DNA of 64,000 nt from an uncultured cyanobacterium (GCA_963793265.1 CAWBZI010000001.1:64001-128000), one strand, 5' to 3'. Shown: positions 45,541 to 56,794, counted from the first letter of the stretch. Notes: generated by a model from the sequence alone, not told the origin. Program-made: numbers and translations.

Positions 45541-47466
45541 CTACGGGCGAATAAATTCGCCGGGTGAACGGAAATTCTCAACTGGCTCGTCGCGCAGGGC
45601 TTCGACCATGAAATTACGCCATACAGGAGCCGCATAGCCACCCCCTGTAGCACCTTTGCCTAGCGGTCGGTAGTCGTCGTTACCCACCCATACGGCAGTT
45701 GCTAGCTGAGGGACGTAGCCCACAAACCACACATCACGCTGCGAGTCAGTTGTTCCCGTTTTACCCGCAGCGGGGCGACCAATTTGAGCGTTAGTTGCCG
45801 TACCCTGCGAGATAACACCTTGTAGAACGTCTGTTAAAGCTGCACTGGCCCAAGGATCTAGTACGAGCTGGGGCTTAGGTGTGTTGTCTAAAATGACGTT
45901 GCCGCTGCTGTCAGTCACCTGCATGATAAGCGTAGGGTCTGAGTGCCAGCCATAGTTTGCGAAGGTAGCATAGGCTCCTGCCAGCTCTAATGGCGTTAAG
46001 TCAACGGCTCCTAGCGGCAGCGAAATTACCGGATCCATTGGGCTCTTAATGCCGAGGGTGCGCGCAATCTCAACGACGCGGTTGATACCGACAGACTGAC
46101 CAAGCTTGACGGCAGGTACGTTACGAGAGGTTTCTAGAGCCTTGCGCAGTGGCATGCTGCCTGCAAACGAGCCGTCATAGTTTCTGGGCGAGTAGTAGTT
46201 AAACCCATCGGGATAGGTGACTGCGGCGTCATTGATTACGCTGTTAGGCGTGTACTTACCCGAAGCAAAAGCAGCGTAGTAAACAAAGGGCTTGAAGGCA
46301 GAACCGGGCTGGCGTCTGGACTGTACGGCTCGGTTGAACTGGCTCGATTCATGATCGACGCCGCCCACAAGGGCTTTAACGAAATGCGTACGTGGATCGA
46401 TGGCGACCAGTGCAATTTGGTCGGCATACGCACCACTGCCAAAGTAGCGGTAGTAGCTATCAGCGACAACATCTTCAGCCGTTTGCTGCATGTTCAAGTC
46501 GATGGTGGTCTGAATTCGCATTCCGCCTTTGGCCATCGCCTCTTCGCCAAACTGCTCTGTAAGCTCTTGCATGACGGCTTCAGTTACGTAGGGCGCTTGG
46601 CTAGAGCGGAAGGAGGTGATTTCGCCCAGGCGAATAGGTTGAGCTTTAGCAGCTTCTTGTTCGGCTGAGGTAATCCAGTTGAGATCGCGCATTCGCTGAA
46701 GCACGATGCGCTGGCGTTGCTTGGCCGTTTCATAGTCGATGAATGGACTGAAGCTTTCGGGGGCCTGAATCAGGCCAGCCATCATCGCTGATTCGCCTAA
46801 GGTGAGGTCTTTAGCTGACTTGTTGAAGTAGCTCTGGGCAGCGGTTTCTACGCCGTAGGTGTTGTGCCCCCAGTACACCTGATTGAGGTAGAGTTCAAAG
46901 ATCTCATTTTTCTCAAAGATCTGCTCAATCCGCATGGCCAGCACGACTTCTACGAGCTTGCGGCTAATGGTGCGATCGGGAGAGAGGAAGAGGTTTTTGA
47001 CAAGCTGCATGGTGACGGTAGAGCCACCTTGTACGGTTCTACCTGCGCCTAAGTTGGCCAAAAAGGCACGGGCAATACCCGTGGGATTGATGCCGCTGTG
47101 GGTGTAGTAGTAGCTGTCTTCAATCGCTAAAACCGCGCGTTTGATGTTAGGGCTGATCTCGTTGAGATCGACAACTTCGCGGTTTGCCTCATCGTGAACG
47201 CTGTCTAACAGCGTACCTTTGACATCGTAGACGTAGCTGGTTTCAGACGGCGTATAGTTGCGCAGCACTCGCACATCAGGAAGGTTGCGAAAGCTGACGG
47301 CTAGGCCGACTAAGCCACCTGCGATTACAGAGCTGCCCAGCATGGTGACGGTAAGTAGGGTAGTAGCCCCGATTTGCCCCACGTCTTGAATGTAACGAAG
47401 AACCTGAGGTGATCGCGTATTTCTGCGGGGATGAGGGCGTACTTTGCGATAGGTATTAGAAGACAC
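45541..47466 (-). CDS. Class A penicillin-binding protein (PBP1A family)
   Basis: AIED, QGGSTVTMQLVKN, RK..E; SAFK, SRN, KTGT transpeptidase motifs. Confidence 0.94.
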   Translation of the reverse strand: MSSNTYRKVRPHPRRNTRSPQVLRYIQDVGQIGATTLLTVTMLGSSVIAGGLVGLAVSFRNLPDVRVLRNYTPSETSYVYDVKGTLLDSVHDEANREVVDLNEISPNIKRAVLAIEDSYYYTHSGINPTGIARAFLANLGAGRTVQGGSTVTMQLVKNLFLSPDRTISRKLVEVVLAMRIEQIFEKNEIFELYLNQVYWGHNTYGVETAAQSYFNKSAKDLTLGESAMMAGLIQAPESFSPFIDYETAKQRQRIVLQRMRDLNWITSAEQEAAKAQPIRLGEITSFRSSQAPYVTEAVMQELTEQFGEEAMAKGGMRIQTTIDLNMQQTAEDVVADSYYRYFGSGAYADQIALVAIDPRTHFVKALVGGVDHESSQFNRAVQSRRQPGSAFKPFVYYAAFASGKYTPNSVINDAAVTYPDGFNYYSPRNYDGSFAGSMPLRKALETSRNVPAVKLGQSVGINRVVEIARTLGIKSPMDPVISLPLGAVDLTPLELAGAYATFANYGWHSDPTLIMQVTDSSGNVILDNTPKPQLVLDPWASAALTDVLQGVISQGTATNAQIGRPAAGKTGTTDSQRDVWFVGYVPQLATAVWVGNDDYRPLGKGATGGGYAAPVWRNFMVEALRDEPVENFRSPGEFIRP

Positions 47467-47831
47467 AGGCTGACGATATTTCCTAACTTGAGGGAGCTTT
47501 TAGAACAGGCGCAGGTGGATCTACAGCTTCATGCGCAAGGGCTTTTAAGAGGCACTTCTGGCGTAGAAAAGATTATTTCGTAGCCTACTACAAAAAAATT
47601 ACGCTTCTACTATCTCGTCAATATAGATGATCTCTGACGAATGTCTAGTCTTTTCTTGACGATATTCTGAGTTTTAGTGCCACTTATGGTAAAAAGCAGC
47701 GGTTACACCGAAGCCGCTCTCGGCTTTTTAACGCTGTAATGCTGTGGTTTTTACGCCATAAAGTTACACTGGCTGTTTAAGCTGTCAAAGCCTACATTTG
47801 CCAGTTTCTATTTTATCTCTTGCTTGATCCT

Positions 47832-49103
47832 ATGTCTGTTAGTACGGCCCCAGATAGCACCGCATCTTCTATCGCTGCATCAATACCAACTGAAATTCCC
47901 GCAGAATTTGCTGATATCTATCGGGGTGTGAGCGAGGTGTTTCCGTCACAGCCGGGGTCTACTGATGAGAACGATAATTTGCTCGTGCGGCTACAGCAGA
48001 GTGATCGCCCTCTACGCATCAAACTAGGCATCGACCCCACTGGCTCAGAAATTCACATGGGTCACAGCATTCCAGTCCGCAAGCTCAGAGCCTTTCAGGA
48101 TGCCGGACATACAGCCATTTTGCTAATTGGCGACTTCACCGCGCGAATTGGCGACCCCACTGACAGAGCAGAAGTGCGCAAGCAGCTAAGCGAGTCTGAA
48201 GTAAAGGCCAATGCCGAAACATACATCGAGCAAGTGCGGCCAATTCTAGACTTCGATACGCCAGGAAGACTAGAGATTCGCTACAACTCTGAATGGCTAG
48301 CCGACATAGATTTAAGCAAAATGCTGTCGCTGCTGAGCACCATGACCCTGGGTCAAATGCTGGCTAAAGAGGGCTTTGCTAATCGGTACGAAAAGGGCAC
48401 ACCCGTTTATCTACACGAGTTTTTGTACCCCTTACTTCAGGGCTACGATTCGGTTGCCTTAGAAGCAGACGTAGAGCTAGGTGGCACCGATCAAAAGTTC
48501 AATTTGGCGGTGGGCAGAGACTTGCAGCGCCACTTTGGAATGCGCCCTCAGTTTGGAATGCTGCTGCCACTATTGCTAGGCGCTGACGGCGTACAAAAGA
48601 TGTCAAAGTCTCTGGGCAACTATGTTGGCCTGCTAGAAGATCCGCTTTCGATGTATTCCAAGCTAGAGAAAACGCCAGACGCGTTGATTTTAGACTACTT
48701 CACGCAGTTGACGAGCTTACCTTTGGGCGATCTTCCCGAAAGTCCGAGAGAGCAGCAAAAGCTACTAGCAAAGGTTGTGACCGGCCAATTTCACGGCGAG
48801 CAGGCCGCTGAGCAGGCTCAACAAGATGCGCTGACGCTGATAGCGGGTCAGGCTCAGGCGGCTGAGGCGGTGGCGGAGTTTTCGCTAGCGGGTGTAGGGT
48901 TTCCAGCCAAAGCTTTCTACTTATTAGGAGCTACACCGCTATGTTCTAGCAGCAGCGAGGCCCGCCGACATATTAAGAACGGGGCTGTGAAGCTTGATGG
49001 CGAGAAGGTAAGCGATCCTAACTTGACGTTTGAGGAGCCTGCTGAATTAGTTGGTAAGGTGTTGCAGGTTGGTAAGAAGAAGTTTGTTAGGTTGATTGAT
49101 TAG
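47832..49103 (+). CDS. tyrS: Tyrosine--tRNA ligase
   Basis: [36 protein letters not shown]-terminal S4 domain. Confidence 0.96.
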   Translation: MSVSTAPDSTASSIAASIPTEIPAEFADIYRGVSEVFPSQPGSTDENDNLLVRLQQSDRPLRIKLGIDPTGSEIHMGHSIPVRKLRAFQDAGHTAILLIGDFTARIGDPTDRAEVRKQLSESEVKANAETYIEQVRPILDFDTPGRLEIRYNSEWLADIDLSKMLSLLSTMTLGQMLAKEGFANRYEKGTPVYLHEFLYPLLQGYDSVALEADVELGGTDQKFNLAVGRDLQRHFGMRPQFGMLLPLLLGADGVQKMSKSLGNYVGLLEDPLSMYSKLEKTPDALILDYFTQLTSLPLGDLPESPREQQKLLAKVVTGQFHGEQAAEQAQQDALTLIAGQAQAAEAVAEFSLAGVGFPAKAFYLLGATPLCSSSSEARRHIKNGAVKLDGEKVSDPNLTFEEPAELVGKVLQVGKKKFVRLID

Positions 49104-49115
49104 GGGAGCAGGTAT

Positions 49116-49832
49116 ATGGAGAGTGTGGCTGAGAGGATTATTGTGCCTTTGGATGTGGCGGAAGAAAAGGAGGCGATCGCACTCATCGAAGCCATTCCTG
49201 AAGTCACCTTTTGGAAAGTCGGCCTAGAGCTATTTGTTAGCAGCGGCCCCAGCATTTTAGAAGCGCTCAAAGCTCGCCACAAGCGCATCTTTTTAGACCT
49301 AAAGCTCCACGACATTCCGAACACCATGGCAGGCGCTAGTCGGGCCGCAGGGCGCTATGGCGTAGATTTGCTGACGGTACACGCAAGTGCGGGAAGTGTG
49401 GCCCTAAAAGCTGCCCAGACGGCAGCGACTGAGGGGGCTAAGGCGGCGGGATGTTTGCCGCCGAGAGTGATTGCGGTGACACTGCTGACGAGTATTGGTG
49501 AAGCGTCACTTCACGACGAACTCAAAGTGCCGCTAGACGTAGACAGCTACACTCAAAAAATGGCGCTACTGGCACAGCAAAGCGGCTTAGGCGGCGCGGT
49601 TTGCTCTCCCCAAGAGGCCGCAGTTCTTAAGAAAGTTTGTGGTGACGACTTCTGGCTAGTGTGTCCCGGCGTTCGGCCTACTTGGGCACAAAAAGGCGAC
49701 CAGCAGCGGGCCATGACGCCCCGCGAAGCTATGCAGGCAGGTGCTAGCTATTTAGTTATAGGTAGACCGATCACCCAAGCGGATGATCCAGCAACGGCAT
49801 TTGCGCAAATCTGTGAGGAAATTGGCGAGTGA
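49116..49832 (+). CDS. pyrF: Orotidine-5'-phosphate decarboxylase
   Basis: [32 protein letters not shown]. Confidence 0.96.
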   Translation: MESVAERIIVPLDVAEEKEAIALIEAIPEVTFWKVGLELFVSSGPSILEALKARHKRIFLDLKLHDIPNTMAGASRAAGRYGVDLLTVHASAGSVALKAAQTAATEGAKAAGCLPPRVIAVTLLTSIGEASLHDELKVPLDVDSYTQKMALLAQQSGLGGAVCSPQEAAVLKKVCGDDFWLVCPGVRPTWAQKGDQQRAMTPREAMQAGASYLVIGRPITQADDPATAFAQICEEIGE

Positions 49833-50563
49833 GGCGAGGGATTATCACGCTATTAGTGGGCCTAGCTGTCAATACACTATTGATGGGCACATCAACGAGG
49901 GCTGGATTAGCTGCGCTATCTACAGGGGAAATGTCCATAGAGGAGATACCTGTAGAAGAGATTCCTATTGAAGAAGTTCCTATCGAAGAGATACCCGTCG
50001 AAGAAGAGGTATTTGAGCTAGAAGGACTCTATCAACCCATACGCCCTATCACCGCCTGTCCAACAGACTTAGAAACGCTTACGGCCCTTCTCATTCGGGA
50101 CATTCCCACCTATACCAACAGAGTCCTTCAGCGCGCTACTGCCGTCCTTTCTGACAACAACACTGACGAGATTTCTGAGCTACAAAGGCTTATCGACCGG
50201 GAGCCCTACCGCCCCTCATTCGTGCTCATCGCCGGACGCCCGGAGCTAGAGCCTGTAGACTTAAACGAATACGCATTTACAACAGATTTAGAAGCAGGCG
50301 GGCCTGTCAGACAGCTCTTTTTCACGACCCTATCGCGACAATATTCAGGACTAAAGGTGAATGAGCTACAGGAGTATCACTGGCTGTTTTTGACACAAAC
50401 TTATGAAGGCTGGTGGCTGGCATTCATGTATTCAGCAATTGACGATGTAGATACCGCGCGGACATTCACGCCCCCACGCGAAAGCAGCGAGGGCAGCGTT
50501 GGGCGAGCCGTACAGCTATGGCTTAGAGACTGCCGGGCTGGCGCAATTGATGGTCTTGAATGA
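49829..50563 (+). CDS. Exported hypothetical protein with N-terminal acidic repeats
   Basis: Signal-like N-terminus; [36 protein letters not shown]. Confidence 0.75.
   Translation: MRRGIITLLVGLAVNTLLMGTSTRAGLAALSTGEMSIEEIPVEEIPIEEVPIEEIPVEEEVFELEGLYQPIRPITACPTDLETLTALLIRDIPTYTNRVLQRATAVLSDNNTDEISELQRLIDREPYRPSFVLIAGRPELEPVDLNEYAFTTDLEAGGPVRQLFFTTLSRQYSGLKVNELQEYHWLFLTQTYEGWWLAFMYSAIDDVDTARTFTPPRESSEGSVGRAVQLWLRDCRAGAIDGLE
49937..50005 (+). repeat. Degenerate 15-bp coding tandem repeat, (I/V)EE(I/V)P x4+
   Basis: [23 protein letters not shown]. Confidence 0.8.
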
Positions 50564-50605
50564 CTCTGAAAAGTATGCGTACTTGGACTGTGCTGTCGGT
50601 TAGAC

Positions 50606-51307
50606 CTATGACTCAGCGCGGATTTCGTCTAGCTTAGCTTTCACAGCCTGAATGTCTTGCCACATGAGCCACTTAGGTTTGCCCGGTTCGCGAGAGGGGT
50701 TGCGGAGTAAGTAAGCGGGGTGAAGAATAGGCATACACAGGCGGCCTTCCCACTCAATCCAGGTGCCGCGAATTTTGGTGATGCCGCGCTTTTCGCTAGG
50801 GATGATGCCTTTGACAGCAGTCGCCCCGGTGAGCAAGACAATTTTTGGATCGACGAGGCGGATTTGCTCCAGGATGTAAGGGCGGCAAGCGTTGATTTCA
50901 GGGGCGGTGGGGTTGCGGTTTCCGGGCGGGCGACACTTTACAATGTTGCAGATGTAGGTGTCTTTTTCACTGTCTAGCCGAACGGCGGCAAGTATTTTTT
51001 CGAGTAGCTGGCCCGATCTGCCCACGAAAGGTAAGCCCTGCTCATCCTCCTGCTGGCCGGGGCCTTCACCGATGATCAGGATAGGCGCGTTGGGGTTGCC
51101 TCTACTGACGACGACATTGGTACGGGTTTCGGCAAGCTCGCAGCGCACACAGCCGTTGCAGTGGGTGGCGAGCTGATCGAGGTTATCGTAGGTGCCGGTG
51201 GGAATGGGGACTTTGGCGCTGGTTGGAATTTTGTCAGGGTCGAAGTCTGCCGGGGGCGGGGTTGCCTCCACGCCGCTCGCGCTGAAGAGATCGATCTGGT
51301 CTGCCAT
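50606..51307 (-). CDS. Uracil-DNA glycosylase family 4 (4Fe-4S)
   Basis: CVRCEL, IGEGPG, PFVGRSG, NIVKCRPP.NR, HPAYLLR. Confidence 0.93.
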   Translation of the reverse strand: MADQIDLFSASGVEATPPPADFDPDKIPTSAKVPIPTGTYDNLDQLATHCNGCVRCELAETRTNVVVSRGNPNAPILIIGEGPGQQEDEQGLPFVGRSGQLLEKILAAVRLDSEKDTYICNIVKCRPPGNRNPTAPEINACRPYILEQIRLVDPKIVLLTGATAVKGIIPSEKRGITKIRGTWIEWEGRLCMPILHPAYLLRNPSREPGKPKWLMWQDIQAVKAKLDEIRAES

Positions 51308-51342
51308 GGATGTGTGTATAAGGGAGCACTGCCCTTTAGTTT

Positions 51343-51380
51343 AGAGGCAAACCCGTCAGTTAACGGGATGAGTTGCCTCT
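51343..51380. terminator. Hairpin between the hpsP-like gene and UDG
   Basis: AGAGGCAA/TTGCCTCT outer stem and CCCGT/ACGGG inner stem. Confidence 0.4.
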
Positions 51381-51465
51381 GTCGGCTGGGATTTTATGCC
51401 TAAAGATGGAGCATGTAGCCATTTTCCAACCATGATCAACTTGATGATATTCAAGTTCAAGGCTG

Positions 51466-52677
51466 CTATCGTTTCGTATTGAGAAGCTGCTGGTAGGTGA
51501 CGGTCATGCGCTGAGCGATCGCACCCCATCCATACTTCTCTTCAGCACACCGCTGCGCGTTCTCACCCCGCCGCGATCGTCCCTCTCCATCTGCCAAAGC
51601 CTCACCCAAAGCACCCGCCAAAGCATCCACTTCTGTTGGCACCACCCATCCCGATTCACTCTCTTTGATAGCAGGCCAAATATGCACCTGATCGGAAATA
51701 ACAACAGGAATTTTCGCGGCCATCGCCTCAGCCACCGCGATTCCAAAGTTCTCATAATAAGAAGGCAATACGAACACATCAGCCGCACTTAAGATTTGCG
51801 CCTTTAGCTCACCCGAAACAAAGCCACTCAAGGTCGCGCATTCAGCCCATTCAGAAGACTGGATTTGCTCGCGAATGCTGGTTTCGTAAGCTCTGTCTTG
51901 AGGGTTTGCGCCGCAGAGTAGAAAGTGAAAAGGTCTGTTGTTTTTGTGCAGTTTTGCAAGTGCAGGTAACAGAAGATCGAAGCCTTTTTTGGGATCGATT
52001 CGAGACATGAACAATATGATTGGGCGATTTGAGGGGATATTGAGGCGATCGCAAACAGCCTTCCGAGCCACTTCTCGACTCGGCAAATCGGGCAGCGCTA
52101 CGCCCAAAGGAATCACCCTCCCTGGCGTCTCTACACCAAAGCGTTCTGAAACTTTTGCTTCTAAATCGCTAGTGAAATGAATTGCTGCTGCACCTGCTAA
52201 ATTTGGCCGCTCTAACAAAGCCGCATACAGCTTTTTTACTTGTTTTTTCTTTTGCAAATCAGCCGGATCTAGTGTGCCTAGCGGACGCATTATATAGGGC
52301 AAGTTTTTCCAGCGGCAGACGGTGGCCGCAGAGGTGCTAACTGGCGAGAATAGCGCGTGAATGTGAGCAATGTCGTAGTGGTGCGCGTTGGCCCACAGCC
52401 AGCTCAGGAGGCTGGTAGAAAATTTGTAGCGGCGAAAAGGAGAGCAGCGAAAATGGATGACTTCGTAGCCGTCCTGCATGACCGGCTGGCCGAGCGGAAC
52501 GTTTAAGGGCGCTTCGTCTACGTCGCCATTGGAGTCTGTGGTGAGAATAGTAACCTGACTAATTTGGTCTTTGGGCTGCTGGGCAAGGGCAGCACTTAGA
52601 CCCTGAATCATCTGGCTAGGGCCACCGTATACAAGAGAGATAGACGGTACGATTTGGAGAACTTTTAAGGGCTTCAT
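51466..52677 (-). CDS. hpsP: GT4 glycosyltransferase, HpsP-like
   Basis: LQIVPSISLVYGGPSQM, RPLGTLDPADL.KK, LPSYYENFG; hps cluster context. Confidence 0.8.
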   Translation of the reverse strand: MKPLKVLQIVPSISLVYGGPSQMIQGLSAALAQQPKDQISQVTILTTDSNGDVDEAPLNVPLGQPVMQDGYEVIHFRCSPFRRYKFSTSLLSWLWANAHHYDIAHIHALFSPVSTSAATVCRWKNLPYIMRPLGTLDPADLQKKKQVKKLYAALLERPNLAGAAAIHFTSDLEAKVSERFGVETPGRVIPLGVALPDLPSREVARKAVCDRLNIPSNRPIILFMSRIDPKKGFDLLLPALAKLHKNNRPFHFLLCGANPQDRAYETSIREQIQSSEWAECATLSGFVSGELKAQILSAADVFVLPSYYENFGIAVAEAMAAKIPVVISDQVHIWPAIKESESGWVVPTEVDALAGALGEALADGEGRSRRGENAQRCAEEKYGWGAIAQRMTVTYQQLLNTKR

Positions 52678-52702
52678 GGTGGCCGTGGATAGGGGCGATG
52701 GG

Positions 52703-53329
52703 CTACAGGCTATCTTGGCGGATTAGCTCGCCTGTGGCTAGATCAATCTCTAATGTTGTGCCGCCTGTTTCTACTAGCACACTTGCACCAGTTGCGTTCA
52801 GTGTAGGTTTGCTAGAGATCCACCAGCCGCTAGCGGCTTGCCGAGTGAGATCGGCGCGGGAGACGGTTGCTAGAGTTTGTTGAATATCGTCGAAGCTGTA
52901 TTGGGCAATGATGGTGCCAGTGGGATCTATGAGGGCGATCGCATAAGGACTCGCGACGTTTATGTATTCATCGAACAAAACTACATTACCGGCAGAACTG
53001 ACCATAGAAAACCTGGGGCCGTATTGCTGAGGAAGCTCTTTTTGCCATACGATGTCTTCGTCTTGGGCTTCGGTTTTAGTGAGTGTGGCTTTAGCGGTAG
53101 GCGATCGCCAATCATCAACCGCTTCAATAGTCAGCGTATAAGACCCTTCTGTGAAAGATTGCGTTACAGGCGGATGCGTGAGTCGATCTAGTGAGGCAGT
53201 TTCATCAATAGAGGCTGGCGGCTGACTCGCTTCCATTTCAAATGGTGACTGACGAGCTAGCAGAAACGACGGGATGGCCGCTAGCACGGTGACGCTGACT
53301 ATAAAAAGCAGAAATTTGACTATCATCAC
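52703..53329 (-). CDS. Exported hypothetical protein
   Basis: N-terminal signal/TM; WQKELPQQYGPRF, LFDEYINV. Confidence 0.7.
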   Translation of the reverse strand: MMIVKFLLFIVSVTVLAAIPSFLLARQSPFEMEASQPPASIDETASLDRLTHPPVTQSFTEGSYTLTIEAVDDWRSPTAKATLTKTEAQDEDIVWQKELPQQYGPRFSMVSSAGNVVLFDEYINVASPYAIALIDPTGTIIAQYSFDDIQQTLATVSRADLTRQAASGWWISSKPTLNATGASVLVETGGTTLEIDLATGELIRQDSL

Positions 53330-53355
53330 AGTTTCTCTATTTTCTGGCTTTCAAC

Positions 53356-54291
53356 TTAAACGTTAGCGTCAACAGCCGATTTGCGTCTCATTTTTAGGAT
53401 GAACAAACCCAAAACAGACAGGCCCAGCCAGCTAATAGTCGGTTCAGGGACGCTCTCGATTTCAGTGTCAGTGCGCAGGGCATCGGAGGCTATCAGCGAT
53501 CGCGCGTCGCTAGAAACTTCTGAACCCTCCACCGTTCCAGACGTACCGCTAGTCACAAAAGGACTGTTCAAAATTTCTCTGAGCTGAGCATTCGTCAGCA
53601 CGCTTGTGCCTGCCCCATCAGGAAAAACATCGTCAACGGAGCCCGGAATATTTCTGGCATCACCGTCAGTGAGTAAATTGTTTGAGCCACCCGCGCCGAG
53701 CGTAGAATGGCGCAGGCCCAGGTTGTGTCCAATCTCATGAGCCACCGTGTCCGTGCGGCCATTTTCACCAAAATCGAGCGCTTCACTGCTAATTAGTACG
53801 CCATTGGCATCAACCCAGGCCAGGCCAAACTGAGTAAGACCGCTGCTCGTTTCGATATCGTCTACAAACCAAATGTTAATCGGCCCGTCTGTTGCTGTGG
53901 AGTCGGGATGTCGGCCAAAGGCACCTGCTTCGCCTGTGCGGGTGAGTTCGTAGAATTCGTAATCAATGGAGGTGCGATCGCGTCTGTCGTTGATAGACAA
54001 AAATCGAGAGGCATTAAGCCGGTTTGTCGGCAAAAAAGAAACCCTGAGCTGAGCCTGAGCCAGAATTTTTTCTGTGATGTCTCGAAACAAATTAACACCA
54101 GCACAGTTGTTGCCGCTGTCGTCACAAACCTGAATCGGCTGAATCGTGAGTTCGTCAGCTTCGCCAAAAACAATCGGCCCGGCTGATTGAAAGTCGCCTT
54201 CGGTGCACCCAGCTAAGGCTAAAGTAGCCCCTAATAGAAAATGGATAGGTCTGGGCACAAAGTATTTCACAAAGCCACGAGTAAACGCCAA
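53356..54291 (-). CDS. Zinc metalloprotease (metzincin motif) with lipobox and PEP-CTERM tail
   Basis: LALAGC lipobox; HEIGHNLGLRH; VPEP + TM + KMRRK. Confidence 0.8.
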   Translation of the reverse strand: MAFTRGFVKYFVPRPIHFLLGATLALAGCTEGDFQSAGPIVFGEADELTIQPIQVCDDSGNNCAGVNLFRDITEKILAQAQLRVSFLPTNRLNASRFLSINDRRDRTSIDYEFYELTRTGEAGAFGRHPDSTATDGPINIWFVDDIETSSGLTQFGLAWVDANGVLISSEALDFGENGRTDTVAHEIGHNLGLRHSTLGAGGSNNLLTDGDARNIPGSVDDVFPDGAGTSVLTNAQLREILNSPFVTSGTSGTVEGSEVSSDARSLIASDALRTDTEIESVPEPTISWLGLSVLGLFILKMRRKSAVDANV

Positions 54292-54488
54292 AGAATAACT
54301 AATTTAGATGCAGAAAGTAGAAGAATACAGGGCAGTTGCCTCTTAAAATTGCGCAATGTGACAGAAGGTAGATAGGTTCATCTGATATGGCTCATACACA
54401 CTTTTCAATTGCACAGACTTCAATATCTGCCATATCAAGAATTCCCAATATGAGGTCAAGTTATTGAAGCAAGACTTCTAAATTAAGA

Positions 54489-54514
54489 CGCTTGAACTAA
54501 AGCGCTTGAACTAA
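54489..54514. repeat. 12-bp direct repeat CGCTTGAACTAA x2
   Basis: Copies at 54489-54500 and 54503-54514, just past the hpsO-like stop. Confidence 0.7.
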
Positions 54515-54519
54515 TCGTC

Positions 54520-55698
54520 TCAAAACAAGGTGGCATAGAAGTCCAACTGTCGTTTTGCCAGCGCCGTATTGGTGTACTCAGCCTGAGCCCGCTCATACCC
54601 TTTCTTTGCTAGCTCACTTTGCATCTGCGGCTGCTCAATCAGCATCGCCAGCTTTTCTGCAAAAGCACCGGCATCCCCTTCACTGAAAACCAGCCCATCG
54701 TCTTTAATCACGTAGGGAATTTCGCCCGAATCAGAGCCAATTACAGGCACCTGACAGGCCATCGCCTCAATGAGCACATGGCCAAACTGCTCTTTCCAGC
54801 CCACCGCGCTCATCGTTTTGAATTTATAAGTAGTCTCAGAAGGCAGTACTAGCGTGTCCATCAGGTTAATGTAGCGAGGCACGTCAGCATGAGGCACGCT
54901 TTCGATCCAAATAATGCGCTCTGCTATACCCGATTCGATCGCCTGTTGCTGAAGCTTTTCTTTAAGCGGCCCGCGTCCTAGTAGCAAGACTTTCCAAGGG
55001 CGATCGCCGCCTCGACGCTGAAGCTTGCTCAACGCCTCAAACAGCGTCAGCAGTCCCTTTTCTTCGACAAATCGCCCGACGAAGCCAATCACAAAATCGT
55101 TGGCATCAATCCCATGCTGCTCAGCTAATTCAGGCTGGGCCACAGGCCGAAAAATACTTTCATCTACCCCAAGCTGAGGCATTACGCAGCTAGGGCCAAC
55201 GTAGCCATGATCGCGCAGAATATCAGCGCCATCTTGATTGCCAACAATCAGACCGTGCGTATTTTTTAGGTTATAGCGCTCTAGCCATGACAGCGGAAAC
55301 TTCACCTCGTAGGGCAAATTCCACCACGTAAAAAATACGTTTTTGGCCTTTAGCCCCAGCATTTTATTTAGAGCAATTAGCTCAGCGTAGCCCACCGACT
55401 TTGCGCCCTGCTCTACATGAATAACGTCGGGGCGAAACTCGCGCAGCAGCTTGATAATATCTGCGCCAAAGCTCAGAAGGCTCTGATTGTTTTGGCTAAA
55501 GTTAGAAACTGGCACCACTCGAAAGCGGCCTTCGTCTCTGGCCTGAGTTTCTATCTTTTTGCTTTGTACGCCGCCAGGATTCCAAGTTTTGGGCACCACA
55601 ACGGTGACTTCTACATCGGAGTCGATGCGGGTGATCTGTCGCAACTTCTCACAGTTCAGATCAACAATATAGGTATGGCTAGCAACCAGGATTTTCAT
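54520..55698 (-). CDS. hpsO: GT4 glycosyltransferase, HpsO-like
   Basis: MKILVASHTYIVDLNCEK, FFTWWNLPY, GWKEQFGHVLIEAMAC. Confidence 0.82.
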   Translation of the reverse strand: MKILVASHTYIVDLNCEKLRQITRIDSDVEVTVVVPKTWNPGGVQSKKIETQARDEGRFRVVPVSNFSQNNQSLLSFGADIIKLLREFRPDVIHVEQGAKSVGYAELIALNKMLGLKAKNVFFTWWNLPYEVKFPLSWLERYNLKNTHGLIVGNQDGADILRDHGYVGPSCVMPQLGVDESIFRPVAQPELAEQHGIDANDFVIGFVGRFVEEKGLLTLFEALSKLQRRGGDRPWKVLLLGRGPLKEKLQQQAIESGIAERIIWIESVPHADVPRYINLMDTLVLPSETTYKFKTMSAVGWKEQFGHVLIEAMACQVPVIGSDSGEIPYVIKDDGLVFSEGDAGAFAEKLAMLIEQPQMQSELAKKGYERAQAEYTNTALAKRQLDFYATLF

Positions 55699-55706
55699 AG
55701 CGTGTC

Positions 55707-56732
55707 TCAAGCAGATGGCGGATGGCTGAACAACCGACCGTCGCGGCCCGTTGGTTTGATTAACGTAAAGCAGGCTTTCAAAAAACCCAGTACGTAAAAT
55801 ACGAAGCGGGTGACAATTTTGATCGGCGAGCCGCTTTTGTTGCAGGGCGGATGGCCGAGCACGTGACAGTCGAACAGGCTAGCTGAGAGTCGTAAAAGCT
55901 GGCTGGGCGTGAGGCTTTTGAGCGCCATCAGAAAATGATTGTGGTAGAAGGTCATCTGGTATTTGAGCGATCGCGTACTAATGTCATGACAGCCGCCTGT
56001 CTCCTCACCCAAATGCACCAAATGCGCCGCGGGTTCGTACCAAATCATCATGCCGGTTTTACGAAACCGCAGGCAAAAGTCAGACTCCTCGCGAATCGCA
56101 CTTCCCTGAAAACGCTCATCAAACCGCAGGCCGTATTCCTCAAACACCGACCGCCGAAAAGACATATTACAGCCCCGCGCGGTAAGCACCTGCTGCGGTT
56201 TGACCGTATGTACCAGATCGATGTGATACCAGGCAATACCAGGATCCATCGCCTCAGGAGGCAACATCTCAATCTCGGGCGCTGTAGACTGCGTAAGCTT
56301 CATGCGGTCAAATACCCGACCCGCCACCGCGCCCACTTCTGGCCGATCTGCATACACCTGTGCGTGAGCCGCCAAAAAGCCCTCTGGCAGCTCCACATCA
56401 TCATCTAAAAAAAGAAAGATACTGCCCTTTGCGCGCTCAATCGCATAGTTGCGAGCCGCTGGTAAACTCGCCCAGTCCACCTGATACAGGTGAATCTTGT
56501 CGTCCGCGGCCAGCTCATCTAGAAACGATTGAGTATCAGCCTCATGTTTTTGAGTTTGATCCACCACAATCAGCTCATAGGCCGGATAGCTTTGGGCCAG
56601 CACGCTTTTAACGCTGTCGCACAAAACCTCTTCACGGCCATAGGTCGGGATCACGACCGAAATCAGCGGTGGATTGAAGGGCAGATCCAATGGTGCGACA
56701 GAGGCAGACGAGGATACAGAAGAAGTTGTCAT
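55707..56732 (-). CDS. hpsN: GT2 glycosyltransferase, HpsN-like
   Basis: ISVVIPTYGRE, FLDDD, ARGCNMSFR, REESDFC, HLGEETGGCH. Confidence 0.82.
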   Translation of the reverse strand: MTTSSVSSSASVAPLDLPFNPPLISVVIPTYGREEVLCDSVKSVLAQSYPAYELIVVDQTQKHEADTQSFLDELAADDKIHLYQVDWASLPAARNYAIERAKGSIFLFLDDDVELPEGFLAAHAQVYADRPEVGAVAGRVFDRMKLTQSTAPEIEMLPPEAMDPGIAWYHIDLVHTVKPQQVLTARGCNMSFRRSVFEEYGLRFDERFQGSAIREESDFCLRFRKTGMMIWYEPAAHLVHLGEETGGCHDISTRSLKYQMTFYHNHFLMALKSLTPSQLLRLSASLFDCHVLGHPPCNKSGSPIKIVTRFVFYVLGFLKACFTLIKPTGRDGRLFSHPPSA

Positions 56733-56794
56733 GGCTCGAATAAGTCTTGTCTTGAACGAATGGCGTCTTTGATTAGATTGTCAGAACTAAAAGC

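Noticed and set aside
47467..47831. Possible T-box leader upstream of tyrS
   Set aside because: No T-box consensus or terminator/antiterminator pair seen; only weak hairpins.
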